60,659 nt of DNA, filler included, from Basidioascus undulatus (GCA_000826855.1; 9 parts of 9 records of this genome joined end to end with filler, not necessarily neighbours in it); one strand, 5' to 3'; shown: positions 1 to 13,461, counted from the whole stretch's first letter. Notes: a model not told the origin generated them from the sequence alone. Numbers and translations: made by a program.

Positions 1-1737
1 TGTGCCCGCAGAGCGGGTGAGTCGAGCTTCAATTCAGTGTACGCAGGAAGAGGGGAGGAGGGACGCACGAGGACGGGTTCGTTAGGATGTCGCGCAGCTC
101 TAGGCCGCCGGAGGACGACCCCTCGCGGGAGGGGTCGAACGCGATGCTTTGGCGCTGTGGGGAAAGCTGCGATTCGGACTCGCTGTGCCAGGGGAGCAAG
201 ATAGCACCGCACTCACCGCCGAGTCGCCCGCCCCGCCGAGCTTCGCGATCCGCTTCTCCGCCTTGCGCTTGGCCTCGTACAGGCGGTCGATGTACCCGAG
301 CAGGTCCTCGATCTTCTCCCCATTGATGACCGTCTCGTTCTCGTGGTTCGCTATCCCCTCACGCAATTCATCAGCCCTTTCCACCTTCTCTCCTTTGTCG
401 CGCCCGGCCACCCCGACCCACCCAGCAGCACCCGCGTCTTCCGGATCTGCGTCGTGATGTCATTCTTGATCCGGCGCGCGTCGAGCAAGCTGTCGCACCG
501 CGCGATGCTGCGCAGGAAGCTCTCGAACGCCTTCGCCGTCGTGCGTGAGGAGATCTCCTCCGTCCGCCGCTGGACGCGCGGGACACGCGCGCCGCTGGTG
601 GTGGTGGTGGCGTGGGGGTAGGAGGATGAGGCGGTGGAGGGCGTGGCGGAGGGGTGCGTGGAGATGTGGGGGAACGCCGGGGGCGGCTGCCCGGACTGCG
701 AGTCCAGCGCGGCGCGCAGCTTCGCGACGAGCTTTTGCTCGCGGATCGCAGCGCCTGCCTGGAGAGAAAGAGGGTTCAGCGGGAAGAGGAGGAGGAAGAA
801 GGGAGTCTGGTTGTTAGCGGCGCACCTGCTGGTCGATGAGGCGGTTGTAGAAGTCTGGGTCGCTGAGCATGTCGATCACGGGGAGCATGACCGCGCACGC
901 GACGATCTCGCGCGTCATGACCGCGACGGCCCTGCTGCTGAACTCCTTCTCGGGCATGATGAACTCGAGTGCCCTGCCGATCTTATCGCGGAGGTGGGCC
1001 TCCTCGCTCGGGCGCGAGTTGGGAGCGGAGAGGTTGACGGCCTTGTGGAGCTTCCCCCCGCCCGCGGCGTACTGATGCGCGAGGAAGAGGTCGAGCTCCT
1101 CTGACTCGGTAAGGTGTCGCTCGAGCTGCTGCCCGCGGAGGGCGATCTCGGCCTTGCGGAACGAGTCGATGTGGGTCGTGAGCACGGGTAGGATGGTCTG
1201 TACCGCGAGGGTCGCGAGGTCGAGGTCTGCCGCGCGGGCGAGGACGCGGGCGAGGGAGCCGTGGATTGTGCGCTCGACGGCGGAGGGGAGGGAGGGCGAG
1301 GGGGAGAGCTTGTCGAACCAGGCGCGGACGAAGTGGAGCGTGATGAGTGAGATGATGCGCTGCAGGGCAGAGGAGACTTCAGGGGAGGATGGGTGCAGCG
1401 TGGGCAGGTCGGGCGAGGGCTTCGAGGATTCCCACTCTGCGCGGAGCTGGACTACCGCCCACGCTGCAGGCGTTGCGAACCCCATCTTGGCCCTTGACCT
1501 GGGTGCGCCTCCGTCCGTTTCGTCAGAGTCAGCTGCGCGGGCATAGCGCTCGACGGCGAGGGCGAGGACGATGTTGAAGGCGAGCCAGCAGAGGAGGGCG
1601 GTGAGCAGCGCAACGGGCGTGAGGAGGAGGATGACGAGCGGGGAGAGGCGGATGCGGGAGAGGAGCGAGGCGGCGAGGAGCGCGACGAGGACGGTGCCCG
1701 CTGCGCGAGAGTACGACACCGACTGGGGCAGCAGCAT
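1..1737 (-). CDS. PXA-domain/RGS sorting nexin (Mdm1/SNX13-14-25 family), 5' part; runs off window start
   Basis: ORF 814-1737 has N-terminal hydrophobic helices then a PXA-like domain (IISLITLHFVRAWFDKLS...TREIVACAVMLPVIDMLSDPDFYNRLI). After an intron it continues AIREQKLVAKLRAALD...FESFLRSIARCDSLLDARRIKNDI and reaches an RGS-like start (SLHDILTNPSS) at the window edge. Confidence 0.85.
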
Positions 1738-1941
1738 GCCTGTTGCCTATGCCCTAGACTGCTCCTAGGCGCATGGCGTGCGCAACGACGGCGATGATGA
1801 TCCCAACGGCGAGCGAGATGGTGATGGCAGTCTGGTCGATAGGAGCGAGAACGAGCACGACCAGGCGGCGGGAGGAAGCCGCGTGGGCCCAAGCTGCTGG
1901 CTTCGCGCTTGACCACCACCATCAGCCTCGCCCTCGCCTCG

Positions 1942-3135
1942 ATGCCCCCCCGCACCACCGCGCCCGCCTCCAAACCCACGCAGCCCGCGCCGAGCAGGCG
2001 GTGGAACGGGCCCAAGGCGGCCAAACCCGAGCAGCCCGCGGAGGTGCGCCTGCCGAAGCTGTTTGCGAGCCTCGTGGACCAGATCAACGGCGAGCACTAT
2101 GCGAATGCGCTGAGGACTACCAACAAGAGTGTGTCCTTCCCCCTCTTCTTCTCTCCCTCTTACTCTTCCACTATGCCCTTTCCGCACGTCGACTGAAACG
2201 AGCGCGAGCCAGTCCTCCGCCTCGAGCCCACCAACGATGCCGTACTCCAGACGAAGCTCTTCCTCCTCCTCCAGCTCGACCGCTACCTCGAGGCGCTTGC
2301 GCTCGCGCAGGAGAAGTCCGACGAGCAGGTCTTTGAGCGCACGTACTGCCTTTACCGCCTCAAGCGCGAGGACGAGGCACGCGAGGTGCTCGAGAAGCAG
2401 GGCGGGGACGACAGGCGGTGGATGCTGCTTGAAGCACAGCTGGTGCGTCCCTCCTTCCCCATCCCTCCTTTCTCTTGTCCTCTTTCTCTCTTCTTCTTCC
2501 TCTTTCGTCTAACCCTCGGAATACACTCCAGAAATACCGCGAAGGCGACTACACTGCCGCGCAAGAGCTGTACGAGACCCTCCTTGCCGAGACGCCCGAA
2601 GTCCGTCACTATCCACCACCCCCTCCCCCTCTTCCTTCTCCTCCGTCATCCAACCCTCTCACGCTCTCCCCAACAGGGAGCCGACGACCACTCCGACCTC
2701 CTGACCAACCTGCGCGCCACGCAATCCCACATCGCCTTTCACACGTCCGGGTACCTCTCCCTGCTCCACTCGCCCGACTCCACCCTCCCCCCGCTCGAAG
2801 CGCTCGAATCAGCCCTCGCGCCCTTCCCCCCGAACTACGTTCCCCCTCCCACCTCCGCCATCTCCACCAGCACCTCCCTCCCCGCCGCGCGCCCCCGCGC
2901 GCGCAGGAGCAGGCGCGCGAAGCTCAACATCCCCGCTAACGCGCCCCCGCCCGACCCCGAGCGGTGGTTGCCCAAGAAGGAGCGGAGCGGGTACCGCCCT
3001 AGTAGGGGGAAGGGAAGGAAGGACAGGGGGGGGAGGGAGAAGGAGAAGTTGCTTACGCAGGGGAGTGCGGCGCCTGCCCCGGCTGTGCAGGCGGGCGGGC
3101 AGAAGGGGGGAGCGAAGAAGAAGGGGAGGAAGTGA
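1942..3135 (+). CDS. SRP72: Signal recognition particle subunit SRP72 (compact, ~310 aa, 4 exons)
   Basis: N-terminal TPR-like exons (VLQTKLFLLLQLDRYLEAL; FERTYCLYRLKREDEA; LLEAQL/KYREGDYTAAQELY) and the SRP-RNA-binding motif PDPERWLPKKERS followed by TQG and a Lys-rich tail; GT-AG introns. Confidence 0.9.
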
Positions 3136-5744
3136 GTGAGGGAGCAAGGGCAGGGAAGGGAGAATGTGAATTGGCGGGAGGGGAGGGAATGCCGTTGGGA
3201 AAGACGTGATTTATGTGAGGGTTGGGTGGAGGATGCGTTCTCGATTGAGCAGCTCATTGTCCACACTGCCTCGGGCTGCGATGGACTTGATTGATCTGTC
3301 GCGCCGGTGCTAGCAAGTCATCGCTCTACAGCAAATCAACACTAGTTCGACTGACCGAGGCCTCGAGAGGCCGGGCCGACGTTGTTCGACAGTGGGCGCG
3401 CGCAGCATCAGCACAGCAGCGAGGCATCCGCCTCACGCTGTACGGCATCGCCGTTCAACGCGCGTCGTTCCTGCAAAATATTGTAAACTGAGGTTGGCTG
3501 CACCAATAGACAAGGCATCAATATCTCTCGCGCTCCAACCTCTGTCGACGAAGCTGCAACTTCGTGCCCATGTCTTTCACCGCCCGAACCTGCAATGCAA
3601 TCGCAGCAGCCGCAACCTGCTCGTGCACAACGCGAACGAGCGTTGTGTCGACTGGAAGTTCTCGTGAAGCTATGAATATTAATTATTTTCAGGGCAGAAA
3701 TTGTCACATTGATCACGAAGCTGCAGTGCTGTGGAAGACGTTGCCAAGCAAGCGCCGAGCAGGCGGACTACGTTCCCCGCACACCCCAACCACGTCCGAC
3801 CCTTTATCACTTTTCGAATAAACCAAAGATCACCGCTTGTTTGCCTCCGTCCTACATGTTACTGTTAGGGAGGAAGGGGCAGGACGAGGGAGAAACAAGA
3901 GGTGGCCAGCCTCTTGTCCCCTCTGGTCGAAAGGGTGTTGCGATCTTGTCCCGGTGTGGTGAAGGTGGCATTGACTTGTGTGTTTGTCGGCGTGGAGCCG
4001 CATTGTGGAAATAACTTAATATCCACTTGAAAGAAGTGGAAGAGTCTGTAAAGGTGTTAGGGTAAGTGTCAGCGGCGGGGTCGAAGAACAGCGAGGAAAG
4101 AAGAACGACGTACACCACGTCTTCATTTGAGGCTGCAGGTGTGAGAGTTTGTACGAGGTTCGAACTCTCGGTTACAGGCCCCAACGATACCATTGGAGAG
4201 GCAAAAAAAACAGCGATTTCCAGCGTCCAAGGAACGTTGGTAGCCGTGACGAGTGATGGGTCAATGGGGAGATTTGAGGCTCGCTTCCAGGTTGAAGCGT
4301 GTCGTGTCCTCGACATCGAGTTATGCAGTCCCTGTAAGCAATGGGATTGTGTGCAGCTGAGTAGTCCTCTTGTCGCCCCTGTTGGAGAGCAGTCAAGTGT
4401 GTCGCGGTCGCTGCTGTCTTGAAAGCTCCACGGCGACGCGTCAGAATGATCACTCCCAGCCCTGAAACTCAGGCATGCAGTTGACGTACGAAGTGTTCCC
4501 CTGCATTTTCGCGGATATGCCGACTTTTCCCTGTATCCTGCTTCCCCAAGACGCACGTTAGAAGCGTTCCAGTGCTGAGAACGAGAATCGGCTCACATAG
4601 TCTTCAAGGAAGTCTTGAGTTGCGTTGGGTTGTATAACAGAGCCACGGCCATGAGCTCAAGTTCCCGTAGACATGATGAAGTAAAACGTATGTTGTATAG
4701 CGTTGTGCCCACCGGCCATCAGAACGCTGCGACCCACCCGGGCGCGTCAGGGTAGGTTGGACGCAGCGCTCAGAGTGAGAGAAAGTAAGCCCACCTCGAG
4801 GCGTACTCCGGTGCAACCGAGCACATGGAAAGCGGGGCTGTTACTTTTCGTCCTCAGTAGTCTGATAGGCTCCTTGCAAGGCGGCTGTCCTAGACATCAA
4901 GTCGCACGGCATGGGTGCTGTAGTCGGGTTGTGCGAAACCGAGGAATGAGAGAACGAGGACGCAAGCTGCCCTTCTATTTCGTTCAGGCAGTGCTGAGCG
5001 GAATTTTCTTGCCGGACGCGATGACGGCAGACGTCTGCGACACCTATGAGTCGGAAATGTCTTTGACCCATTTCCGACACAGTCCGCTTGGAGTCATCGC
5101 CGCTTGCGGCCAAGCGCACGCTCCTGCTAGCACCCTTTCATCGAGCGCCAAAGCGGAGCACCGGTTGATCGAGGAAATATTTACTTCTCAAGTTCTTGTA
5201 CGAAGTTGAGGGAACGAGCCGCACCTATTTGGAAGTCGCTTTGCACCAAAGCGCAGGAATGATGAAAGCTTGGCACACTCGCGTCCACTGCACGTTCTGG
5301 GATTCAGCATCCGATCCCGGGCTGTAAATTACAGACATGCTATAAAAAGTCATACAGAGGTCCTGCTAATAAGCACTTTAGGTGGGAGCCCGTGGGCGAG
5401 CTGAGGCAAGTTGACGAAGACGTCGGCTGGGTGGTCCTCGCCGTCGTCCGCCAAATTTCGTGGCCATTCTACCGTCCTCTTTCATAAAACATTATCCGTT
5501 CTACCCAACCTTCTTCTCCACCAACTCCCACTCCAGCTTCTCCACGGACACGCTCGACGGTCGTCCATTCCAGCTCCCGAAAGAACGATTGAATAAGCTA
5601 CGATGAATTACGTGCACGTCGTCGGTACATGTGTTACTCAGGCAATCTAGAAGTGCACAGCGCGGGGTATTACAAAATAACTTGGCAAGCAAGAGAAGTT
5701 CTGGAGTCCGTGATTTTTTTCAGGCCGCGAGCGACGCGAGGCGA

Positions 5745-6625
5745 TTATACTTGCGGTACGCCCTGGGTATTCCGGTTGGGCGTGGTCAGAGTGGGGAGGA
5801 GAGGAGGTGGGGCGAAAGGTGGCGGGCAGGGACGCACTTGCACGACGTGCGGGTACGTCTTGCGAATCTCCTCGAAGAGCTGCGGCGCGCGCTGGGCGAG
5901 GACGTGCGGGTCTTCACCGAGGCCGACGACTGTAAAAGCGAGGCGCAACGCGGGATCAGCATCGTCGCTGTGTGAAGGTTTGAACTAGAGGGGCGGACGT
6001 ACAGATGGTGGAGACACCAGCGTCGAGGCCGGAAGTGAGAGTGAGGCCTGCGAGAGACCAAGGGAGTCAGGGAAAAATAAGGGAGGATGGGATGTGGGCG
6101 CTGTGTGACGCACATGCTTGCAAGCCGATGAGGAACGCGAAGAGCAAGATTGGAGCGGTGTACTGCCCGTCTTGGTTGTAGTTCGGCGCGGTGACTGTAC
6201 CACACCCCACAATCAGTCAGTCAGTGCTAACCCACCCAAGGATCCAGGGAATAGGTAAGCAGAAGAACGCACTCTTGAGGTACAAGAACGCGAACAGCGC
6301 CGACAAAACGCCGACGGCGTACGAGCCGTACGTGAGCGCGACGCCGACGAGCACGTCGTTCACGAGCGCGTCGATGCCGCGGTCCTGTCATGGCACCGCC
6401 CACCACATCAGACCGCGGAGGGGAGGGAGGGTGGTGAGGGAGGAAAGACGGACCTTGAACAGATGCCAGGTCGACTTGGCAGCTGCGATGTACGGCTTGC
6501 CGTACAGGGCAACTTGGATGTAGGCGTACCTGAAAACAAAGCCAAAGCAGACAAAGTCAGTCAGATCTTGGTTTGCATCTCGAAACCCTGAAACAGAACA
6601 GACTTGTTGAACCACTCGACCTCCA
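5745..6625 (-). CDS. PNS1: PNS1 / choline-transporter-like (CTL) protein, 3' part
   Basis: Exons YAYIQVALYGKPYIAAAKSTWHLFK / DRGIDALVNDVLVG...LFAFLYLK / VGLGEDPHVLAQRAPQLFEEIRKTYPHVVQ / GVPQV*; truncated by the contig end. Confidence 0.9.
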
Positions 6626-6681
6626 TTCCAAAGCGCGTCAAGTCATGTGGAAAGCGGCCGAAAAGATAGATCCCACGTGGA

Positions 6682-6781
6682 NNNNNNNNNNNNNNNNNNN
6701 NNNNNNNNNNNNNNNNNNNNNNNNNTTAATTAATTAANNNNNNNNNNNNNNNNNNNNNNNNNNNNNNNNNNNNNNNNNNNN
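6682..6781. other. Artificial contig linker (N44-TTAATTAATTAA-N44)
   Basis: Identical 100-bp linkers with six-frame stops also at 13462-13561, 20189-20288, 26956-27055, 33719-33818, 40441-40540, 47198-47297 and 53919-54018; genes are cut at these points. Confidence 0.99.
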
Positions 6782-8233
6782 TCGGGGTCGTGCGCGGGCT
6801 TCAGGCCTTGCTTGAATAGGCCTGGCGGCAGAGAGGAGGGGGGGGGGGGGGGAAGGGGAGGGGGAGACCGGTCGGCGTGGAGGAGAATGACGACAAGGGA
6901 AGAGCCCGCAAAGATGGATGGTTGAGGGTAGGTCCGAGTGCCTTTAAAGAGCCTAAAAACATGAGAGTGGCGTTGGGCATATTGCCTCTGGGGAAGAGGA
7001 AAGAGGGAGCGCTGGAGGAAGGAAAGGCCGAAGCGGGGAGAGGGGGGAGCAGAAGAGAAGAGAAGAGTGGGGAGAGGGGGGAGATGACGGCGGAAGGATG
7101 AGGAAACACGAAGGAATGTCGACAGTGGAAGACGAGCGAACAAAGGTGGAGGGGGGAGGTGGAAGAGAGAGGGAGGATGAAGCAGGGTGGGGACAAGGGA
7201 TGAGGCGCTAGCGGAGCGCAAGAGAAGCCCCCCCAAACACAACCGATACTGGGAGCGGATGACGTACATGTTTTGTTCGTTCAGAAGCACAGCCTGGGCA
7301 AGATCAGCAGGTGAGCAGAGAGCGGGGGGGGGAGGGGGAAGGGGAGCGGGCAAGGGTAGGGCAGGAGGGCTGAAGGCAGAGCTCGCGCGTCTGAGAGCAT
7401 GCGTGAGAAGGAGCGGTGTCGGTGACTGCCTCTGGATGATGGTGGACAGCGGCGACACGCTGCTGGCGGAGCCCAGAGCTGCTGGGGGCTAGGAGCAGGG
7501 GTAGCAGGTAGCGGGCGGTGATGAGCGGGAGGAGCGGGAAGCACTCTGACTGTTCTAGACTTAACAGTCAGCTTTTCTGGCTCCCAAAAATGAGCACATG
7601 GAAAAGCTGGATGCTGGCCTTTCTGGCCTACAGGCGCTTGTAGCCCCCGCCAGCTTCTCATCCCAAAGTTTTGAGTGGCGCGCTACGTGCACCGCTCGCA
7701 CGACCCGATGGTCAAATGCCAGTGCACTAGGCTCAAGGCTCTTCCGCATAATGCACACACCCATGAATATTATTGCGTACCATTGCTATATATTCCCCAA
7801 TAGGTTCTCATGAAATGCCGCTCCGGACTGCGGCGGTTTTGCAGCAAGCTCCTCATTACATGCAGTACTCAGGGCTTAGGCGGCACATAATCAACACCCT
7901 TAGGCCAATGTCCAAAAACTTTGGTGGTATTTTGCTCCTTGAATTTAGGATACAATGTACCTGAAGGGCAGTTGATTGGAGCAACAATAATGAAAGGAGT
8001 GCGGTGCGGTGCAGGCACGAAGCCAGGTGTTGCAGCATGCTGTGAAGCGCCGACGGAATGAATTCGGATCACCTAAAGCGCAGCTGGCATTGATTTAGGG
8101 GGTGAGTTACTAATGGCAATGGCTAAAGACATTCCGACTTCGCCAGCATACTGCCAGCTTAGGCTCCGCCGGGGCGATACCTCGTCGGACTTAGTGAAGT
8201 GCGACCGAATTGCCGGCCTCGAGTGATCACAAA

Positions 8234-8626
8234 CTAGGCGCTCGCCGCGCAGTGAGCTCTCCATTCGCGCTGTTGGCGCTCGGCCCAAAAGCGCCCCGCT
8301 GTTCTGATGCCTATGCTATGCCAGTTCTTCAACATGGCTGCCATATTATCATCAAGCACTGAGAACAGGTTCTTGAGGGGCGGGACGTGCCCCAGCCAGT
8401 AGACTGTCAGTCCTGCTGGCCACACGACGTCGCTGTCCCGGAAGTAGTTATGGGTGACGGACTCCGGATCAAGGGCAGCCAGGACGGCGTCGTCAATTAC
8501 TGCTAGAGAGCCACCCTGAGGTGATCCATCAGGCATGCTTATGTTGCATAGGGGGTTTGATGTAATGGGCATTCGCGAAGCGCTATGCGCTGCAGCACAT
8601 TGCACAGAAGCTGGATTGGAGGGCAA
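8234..8626 (-). mobile_element. Probable degenerate remnant of the C-terminal region of a fungal non-LTR retroelement ORF
   Basis: Intronless segment FRDSDVVWPAGLTVYWLGHVPPL...WHSIGIRTAGRFW resembles, from memory and not searched, the C-terminus of basidiomycete RT-encoding elements; flanks lack long ORFs and look TG/CA-rich. Confidence 0.4.
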
Positions 8627-9147
8627 ATTATGCTCCCAAGACCTGTCCCAGAGGTCCAGGAATAGTTCATATCCAAAAGCACAGCCCTAAACGAGCCTCC
8701 CTGCCGTGCACAGAGCATGGCAAAGTCAGGCCAAATGGGACTTCAAGCGGCGAAAGGCAGCGCAGCCCAGTCTGAGCCCCCAACTTTGCAGCCCAAAAAA
8801 TGGCTTGCAGGAATCTTCAGACATCCACGCTTCGGGGTTTGAGAGATATGGGTGTATAGCGACTGCACAAGCTAAACCAGCTAGAGTGACAAGTAAAGCA
8901 TCGAGAAAAAGGCGGCAGAAGAAGAGAACAAGACAAAGCGGAAGACGTCCGCGAGAAGCGCTCCAAGTCCATCAGACCCTCTGCGAAAGCGCGCGCGTGA
9001 GACGGCTGGCAAAACCCCTGCCCCGTCCGTGCCAGCGTTGGCAAATAGCGCGCCCGATTCGCAGAGGGTCTGATGTGGGTCTATGAGAACTCGACCTTCA
9101 TCGCGTCTTTCAACCTCTTCTCTTGTTCATTCCAAAAAATCGTCCCC

Positions 9148-10388
9148 ATGTCCGCTTCATTTCAACTCGACTGAGGTGTCTGCTCGCGCATCCTCCAGTA
9201 CTCCATGGGAGAGCACTGTTGTTTCTCCATGGATATTCGAGACGACGAGCTAGATGCGGCCGCATCACTGGCGTTGGTTTGTCGGGAATGGAACGTGAGT
9301 GAACTTTTTTCTTCTGTTAACTCTCTGCCGAGGGGTTGGGATTGAAGAGAGCCATTCCAGTCTATCGTGGTGCCGCTAAGGTATCGCAAGGTCCTCTTGA
9401 CCAACCCGTGGGCGATCAAACGACTCGTCGCCTTTTTCCATCGCCTGCGCTTCGATCGAGTAAACCGCGGCCATGACGTGAGGGAGCTCATCATCGATGG
9501 CAATAGCTACGTCGAGGACAGAAGATCGATCACGTCGGCCTTCCTCAGCTGCTTTCCTGCTTTCCTTCTTCCCGAGAACCTCTACCGCTTCTCGAACATC
9601 AACGCGGACCTAGGTCCTGTCGTGCTGCTCTCGCTTTCTCGTATTTGCGGGCGTTGGCTTCGGGTATTCATGGGCGACCTAGTTCTTCCGTCGAACGCCG
9701 AACTCAATCCCCTGCGTTCGTGCAAAGAGCTCAACAGCCTGACGTGCACTCCGATCATGGTTGATCAGCCTGTCACTCCGATTCGGCCATATTCGAGCCT
9801 TTCTCGCTTTCGCAGTTGCGCCATCTCAGTCTCTTCCTCCCGGAGAGTGCAAGGCCGATACCCTCATGGCCTTCACTCACTGCCAGTTCCCGCGTCTCGA
9901 GAGCCTCGAGCTGACAGACAACGTGTCCTCTCGCAAGGCGCTCAAGCACTTCTTCGGCTGCCATGGCCCTTCTCTGCGGCAGCTCTCTCTCGCCTCCCCG
10001 CGCGGACATGAGCCTTTTGCGCTCAAGCGCTGCTCGAAGCTCGTCAACCTCGAGATCGACTTCTCGTACAGTCTTCCAAACGTCCTTGACCAGACTTTCG
10101 CCGAGCTCCCCAGCTCGCTGTCTCTTCTGACGCTTTCCAACAAAGCCACAGGCACGCGTGTTGAATCCACCGCGTTGCTCAAAGCTCTATACCATCACAC
10201 GCCGTCGTCGCTTCGCATGGTCGAGATCAAAGACATATTGACTCCCGTGGATCGACTGCTGAAGTCGACTCGTCCTTTCTTCAGTCCTTTTCTGAAAGAG
10301 GAGTGGCACTAGAAGTTTCTCAAGAGTTGGATGTTTCGTTTATACATTGTCTCTGCCTGCATTGCATTTATCACAAATGGCGATGTAG
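9148..10388 (+). pseudogene. F-box-like/LRR-like protein pseudogene
   Basis: MSASFQLD*GVCSRILQY...AASLALVCREWN (TGA at 9172-9174), GTGAGT intron, then LRR-like text split over two frames (ORFs 9367-10011 and 9761-10312: FPRLESLELTD, PSLRQLSLAS, CSKLVNLEID). Confidence 0.65.
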
Positions 10389-10686
10389 ACCTGGCCCGTT
10401 CAAGTGACGTTCAAATCATCCTGCGCCATGCAGACCGGTGCCATGCATAGCACGCCCCCGATTCAGCACCGACTTCTATTCGTTCTCGAACAACAGCGTT
10501 GCCCGACCTCCGAAGATGCGGTGGCTTCACGGAAGCCGGGATAGCGCAGGAAGCGAGCATGAGCAACTCTACAAATACAGTCAAGCCATTAATAAACTAA
10601 GCGCCACAACACACAAACAAGCAAAGAAAAAAAAACATCACAGCTCAAACCCTCAACCCATCCGATCCGTTTACCCATCCATTCCC

Positions 10687-12472
10687 CTACCCGGCCCCGA
10701 CGCTCCTCCGCCTACTGGGCTTCCACCCGCCCCACCATCCATTACTCTCCCTCCTTGCGCCTCCCTTGTCCCCATCCTCCCCTACATCGCCTCCCACCTC
10801 CAGCCCGGCGTCCATCCCCGCCCCGCCGAGGCTCACACTCCTTGGCATCCCCAGCGCCGCGCGCTCCTCCGCCGTCGAGGTGTTCACGCTCTTCGTCCGC
10901 CCGCGGCGTAGGACAAAGCCAGGGGACGACGCCCCGAGGCCGATGGAGAACCCGACGGAGGAGGTGGACTGCCTGTGCGAGCGCGGGGAGAGCGGCGGTG
11001 ACACCAGAACGGCGTCTTCCAGGTCTTCCAGTGCGTCTTGCTCCGGCTCGGTGGTGAACGGGAGCGCGGTGCCGGCGATGTCAGGCTCGCCGACTTCGAC
11101 CTCTTCTTTCAGGCTCACGATCCACACGCCCCCTAGGAGCGTGACCATCCCCACGCAGACGAGGAGGAACTGCCGTGCGGTGAGGAGCGAGAACTGGTCG
11201 AAGTAGACGAGGCCGTTAAGGATCGAGGAGATGTTGTCTGGGAGGCAAAGGGGTGGGTGAGCGGCTGTGACGGAGAGGGCAAGGGGAAGGAAGACACACA
11301 GAAACAGAATGCGAGCGGACAGATGAGCGTCGGGTCTGCGAGCCGGAGGGACTTGTTGAGGTACCAGAGCTGCCGCGTCCACCCAGGCGTCAATTCCAAC
11401 ACCTTTGCCCGCACACCCGAATCCGAGACAAGCCACGCACCTGCAGCAGCGCCGCGACGAGCAGCACGCCGACGATCGCCCAGCTCTCCCAGCGCCCAAA
11501 CTGGTTCTTACCCGCCACAAGGGTGAGGACGAGGAGCTCGATGCCGCTCTTGGCGAAGAGTAGGCACATGCCCGAGAGCGTGCCGGACGCGGCGCCGTAG
11601 ATGACTGCTGCGGCGAGGCGCGTGCGCGTGTGGTGCGCGTGCGGGAGGGGCGCGGGGTGTTGTGCTTGGATGAGGAGCGGGGTGCGTTCGGAAGAGGAGG
11701 AGGAGGGCGTGAGGGGGTGCTTGGGTGTTCCGAAGTGGGAGTGGGAGTGGAAGGAGGCGGAGCGGGAGCGGGAGCGGATGTGGGTGCGCGCGAGTCGCCA
11801 TTCGAGGACGTGTGCCTTTCGCGAGACAGATCGTTTCAGCCGCCCCGCACAGCAACCCAGATGGACAAAGAGATATAGGAATTAACGCACCAGAGCAAGC
11901 ACTCCCAACAGCCCCACCGCAAGCGCGCCAAAGTAAGCAAGGAACGCCGGGCGGGCGTAGAGCTTGAGGAGCTCGTCGAGCCCGCGTGTGGGCTCGGGGA
12001 CGATGCCGAAGAGGGCGATAAGGACCGCGCCGAGAGAGATGAGCGCGGTGCCGAGGAGGAGGAGCGGGGAGAGGAAGGAGGAGAGGAGGAGGCGCGCGAA
12101 GAAAGCGTTCCAGAGGAGGGAGACCGCGCCCAGGGGCGCGAGGACGACAATGGGCAGAGCACCGATCTGGAAGACTGTGCCGAGCGTGTTGGAGGTTATG
12201 AAGATTGCTGGTCACACCCACCAATACTCAGTGATTCTGCTCGCAAAAGAGAGAGAGAGTAAGGAAAGCGCACCGAACCCAACGACCCACAACGGACGCC
12301 GCCACTCCGAGCGGCGCTCAAGGGGCGGGCGCAGCTCGTTCTGGACGTGCGACTTGCGCTGGATCGTCAGCCCGAGGGACTGCACCGCCGACGCCGCGAG
12401 GCCGATCAGGATCCCAGCCACGAGCGATATGTGCGGCGCGTGCGCATCAGGCGACGGCGGAGGCGCGGGCAT
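10687..12472 (-). CDS. NIPA-family (DUF803) magnesium transporter-like membrane protein
   Basis: GILIGLAASAVQSLGLTIQRKSHV...RRPLWVVGF; FQIGALPIVVLAPLGAVSPLWNAFFARLLL; QLWYLNKSLRLADPTLICPLAFCF; NISSILNGLVYFDQF; multi-exon. Confidence 0.88.
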
Positions 12473-12715
12473 GCTGGTGGAAGATGATGGTGGTGGGAAG
12501 AAACCGCAGCCCGCGCGCGTCGCAGCAACGTGGCAGCCCCTAACAACAACAGTCTGACAGTTCGCTCATCATGCCGCATGCAAACTCGCAATGGAATCAA
12601 AGCAGATATGAAACAGTTATGCAAGCAATGCGATGCAATGCAGAACAAAATTATACAAGCAAGTAAAGACTCGGAATCCGATGTGAAAGGAAAGGCAGAA
12701 GAAAGGCGGGGGCAA

Positions 12716-13461
12716 TCAGCGCTCGCGGTCTGCAGCGAGCCTGCCGACGCTCCAGGGATCGAGATCGAACGTTGGCGCAACGACGGGGACAGGCTGACGG
12801 GTGACTGTCGCCGACGACGAAGGCGGGGACCACCTAGCGGGCGCGGTATGTGATGGGGTAGGGGCGGAGGAGATCGTGCGAGACGAGGGCGGGGGCGGGG
12901 ACGCCTTGAGCCTGGAAACCCTCCGCTTCACCTGCGCTGCGGACGAGCGCGGGGGAGACGCGGGCGCGGAGAAAGAGGGTATAGGTGGACGAGAGGAGGC
13001 AATATGGTACACCGACCCGTTCGCGCGTCTTCGCAGGCCGCGCTCGGCAACCTGCTCCACCCCCGACACAGCGGCTGCCACCGCGCTGAGGCGGTCGTCG
13101 AGCTCGTGCGCCTGGTCGCCCCACGGCGAGGGGTTCTCCATCCCCGTCCCCGTCGGTGTCCCCCCGAAGCTCACCGCTCGCCGAGGGACGGGCAGCGTGG
13201 CAGGGAAGAAGGCGTCGATGGTCTGTCTGCGCTCGGGCTCGGCGAAGAAGGTTGAGAGGCACTTCGCCAGGCGCGTGAGCGTGGGCGTTTCGGACGGGCG
13301 CCGCGGCGGGGCAGCGGGTGCGGTGGGGGTTGTGGAGGGGAGTGAGAGGGACGGGGTTGAAGGGAAAGAGGGGAACGAGGGTGGTTGGCGCGATGGAGGG
13401 AAGAAAGCGAGCTCAGGGTGCTCATGAGCGGACGGTAAGCAATGATATGGGAAGAGTCTCG
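12716..13461 (-). CDS. 3' end of an unidentified Pro/Ser-rich protein
   Basis: Open frame from near the contig edge to the stop at 12716 (TLTRLAKCLSTFFAEPERRQTIDAFFP...FDLDPWSVGRLAADRER*) with GC-rich coding-like codons. Confidence 0.5.

Noticed and set aside
3300..5400. ORFs 3852-4556 (-), 4066-4422 (+) and 4703-5209 (+)
   Set aside because: No recognisable motifs, non-ATG starts and no host-like codon bias; cannot support a gene call, though a degraded gene is not excluded.
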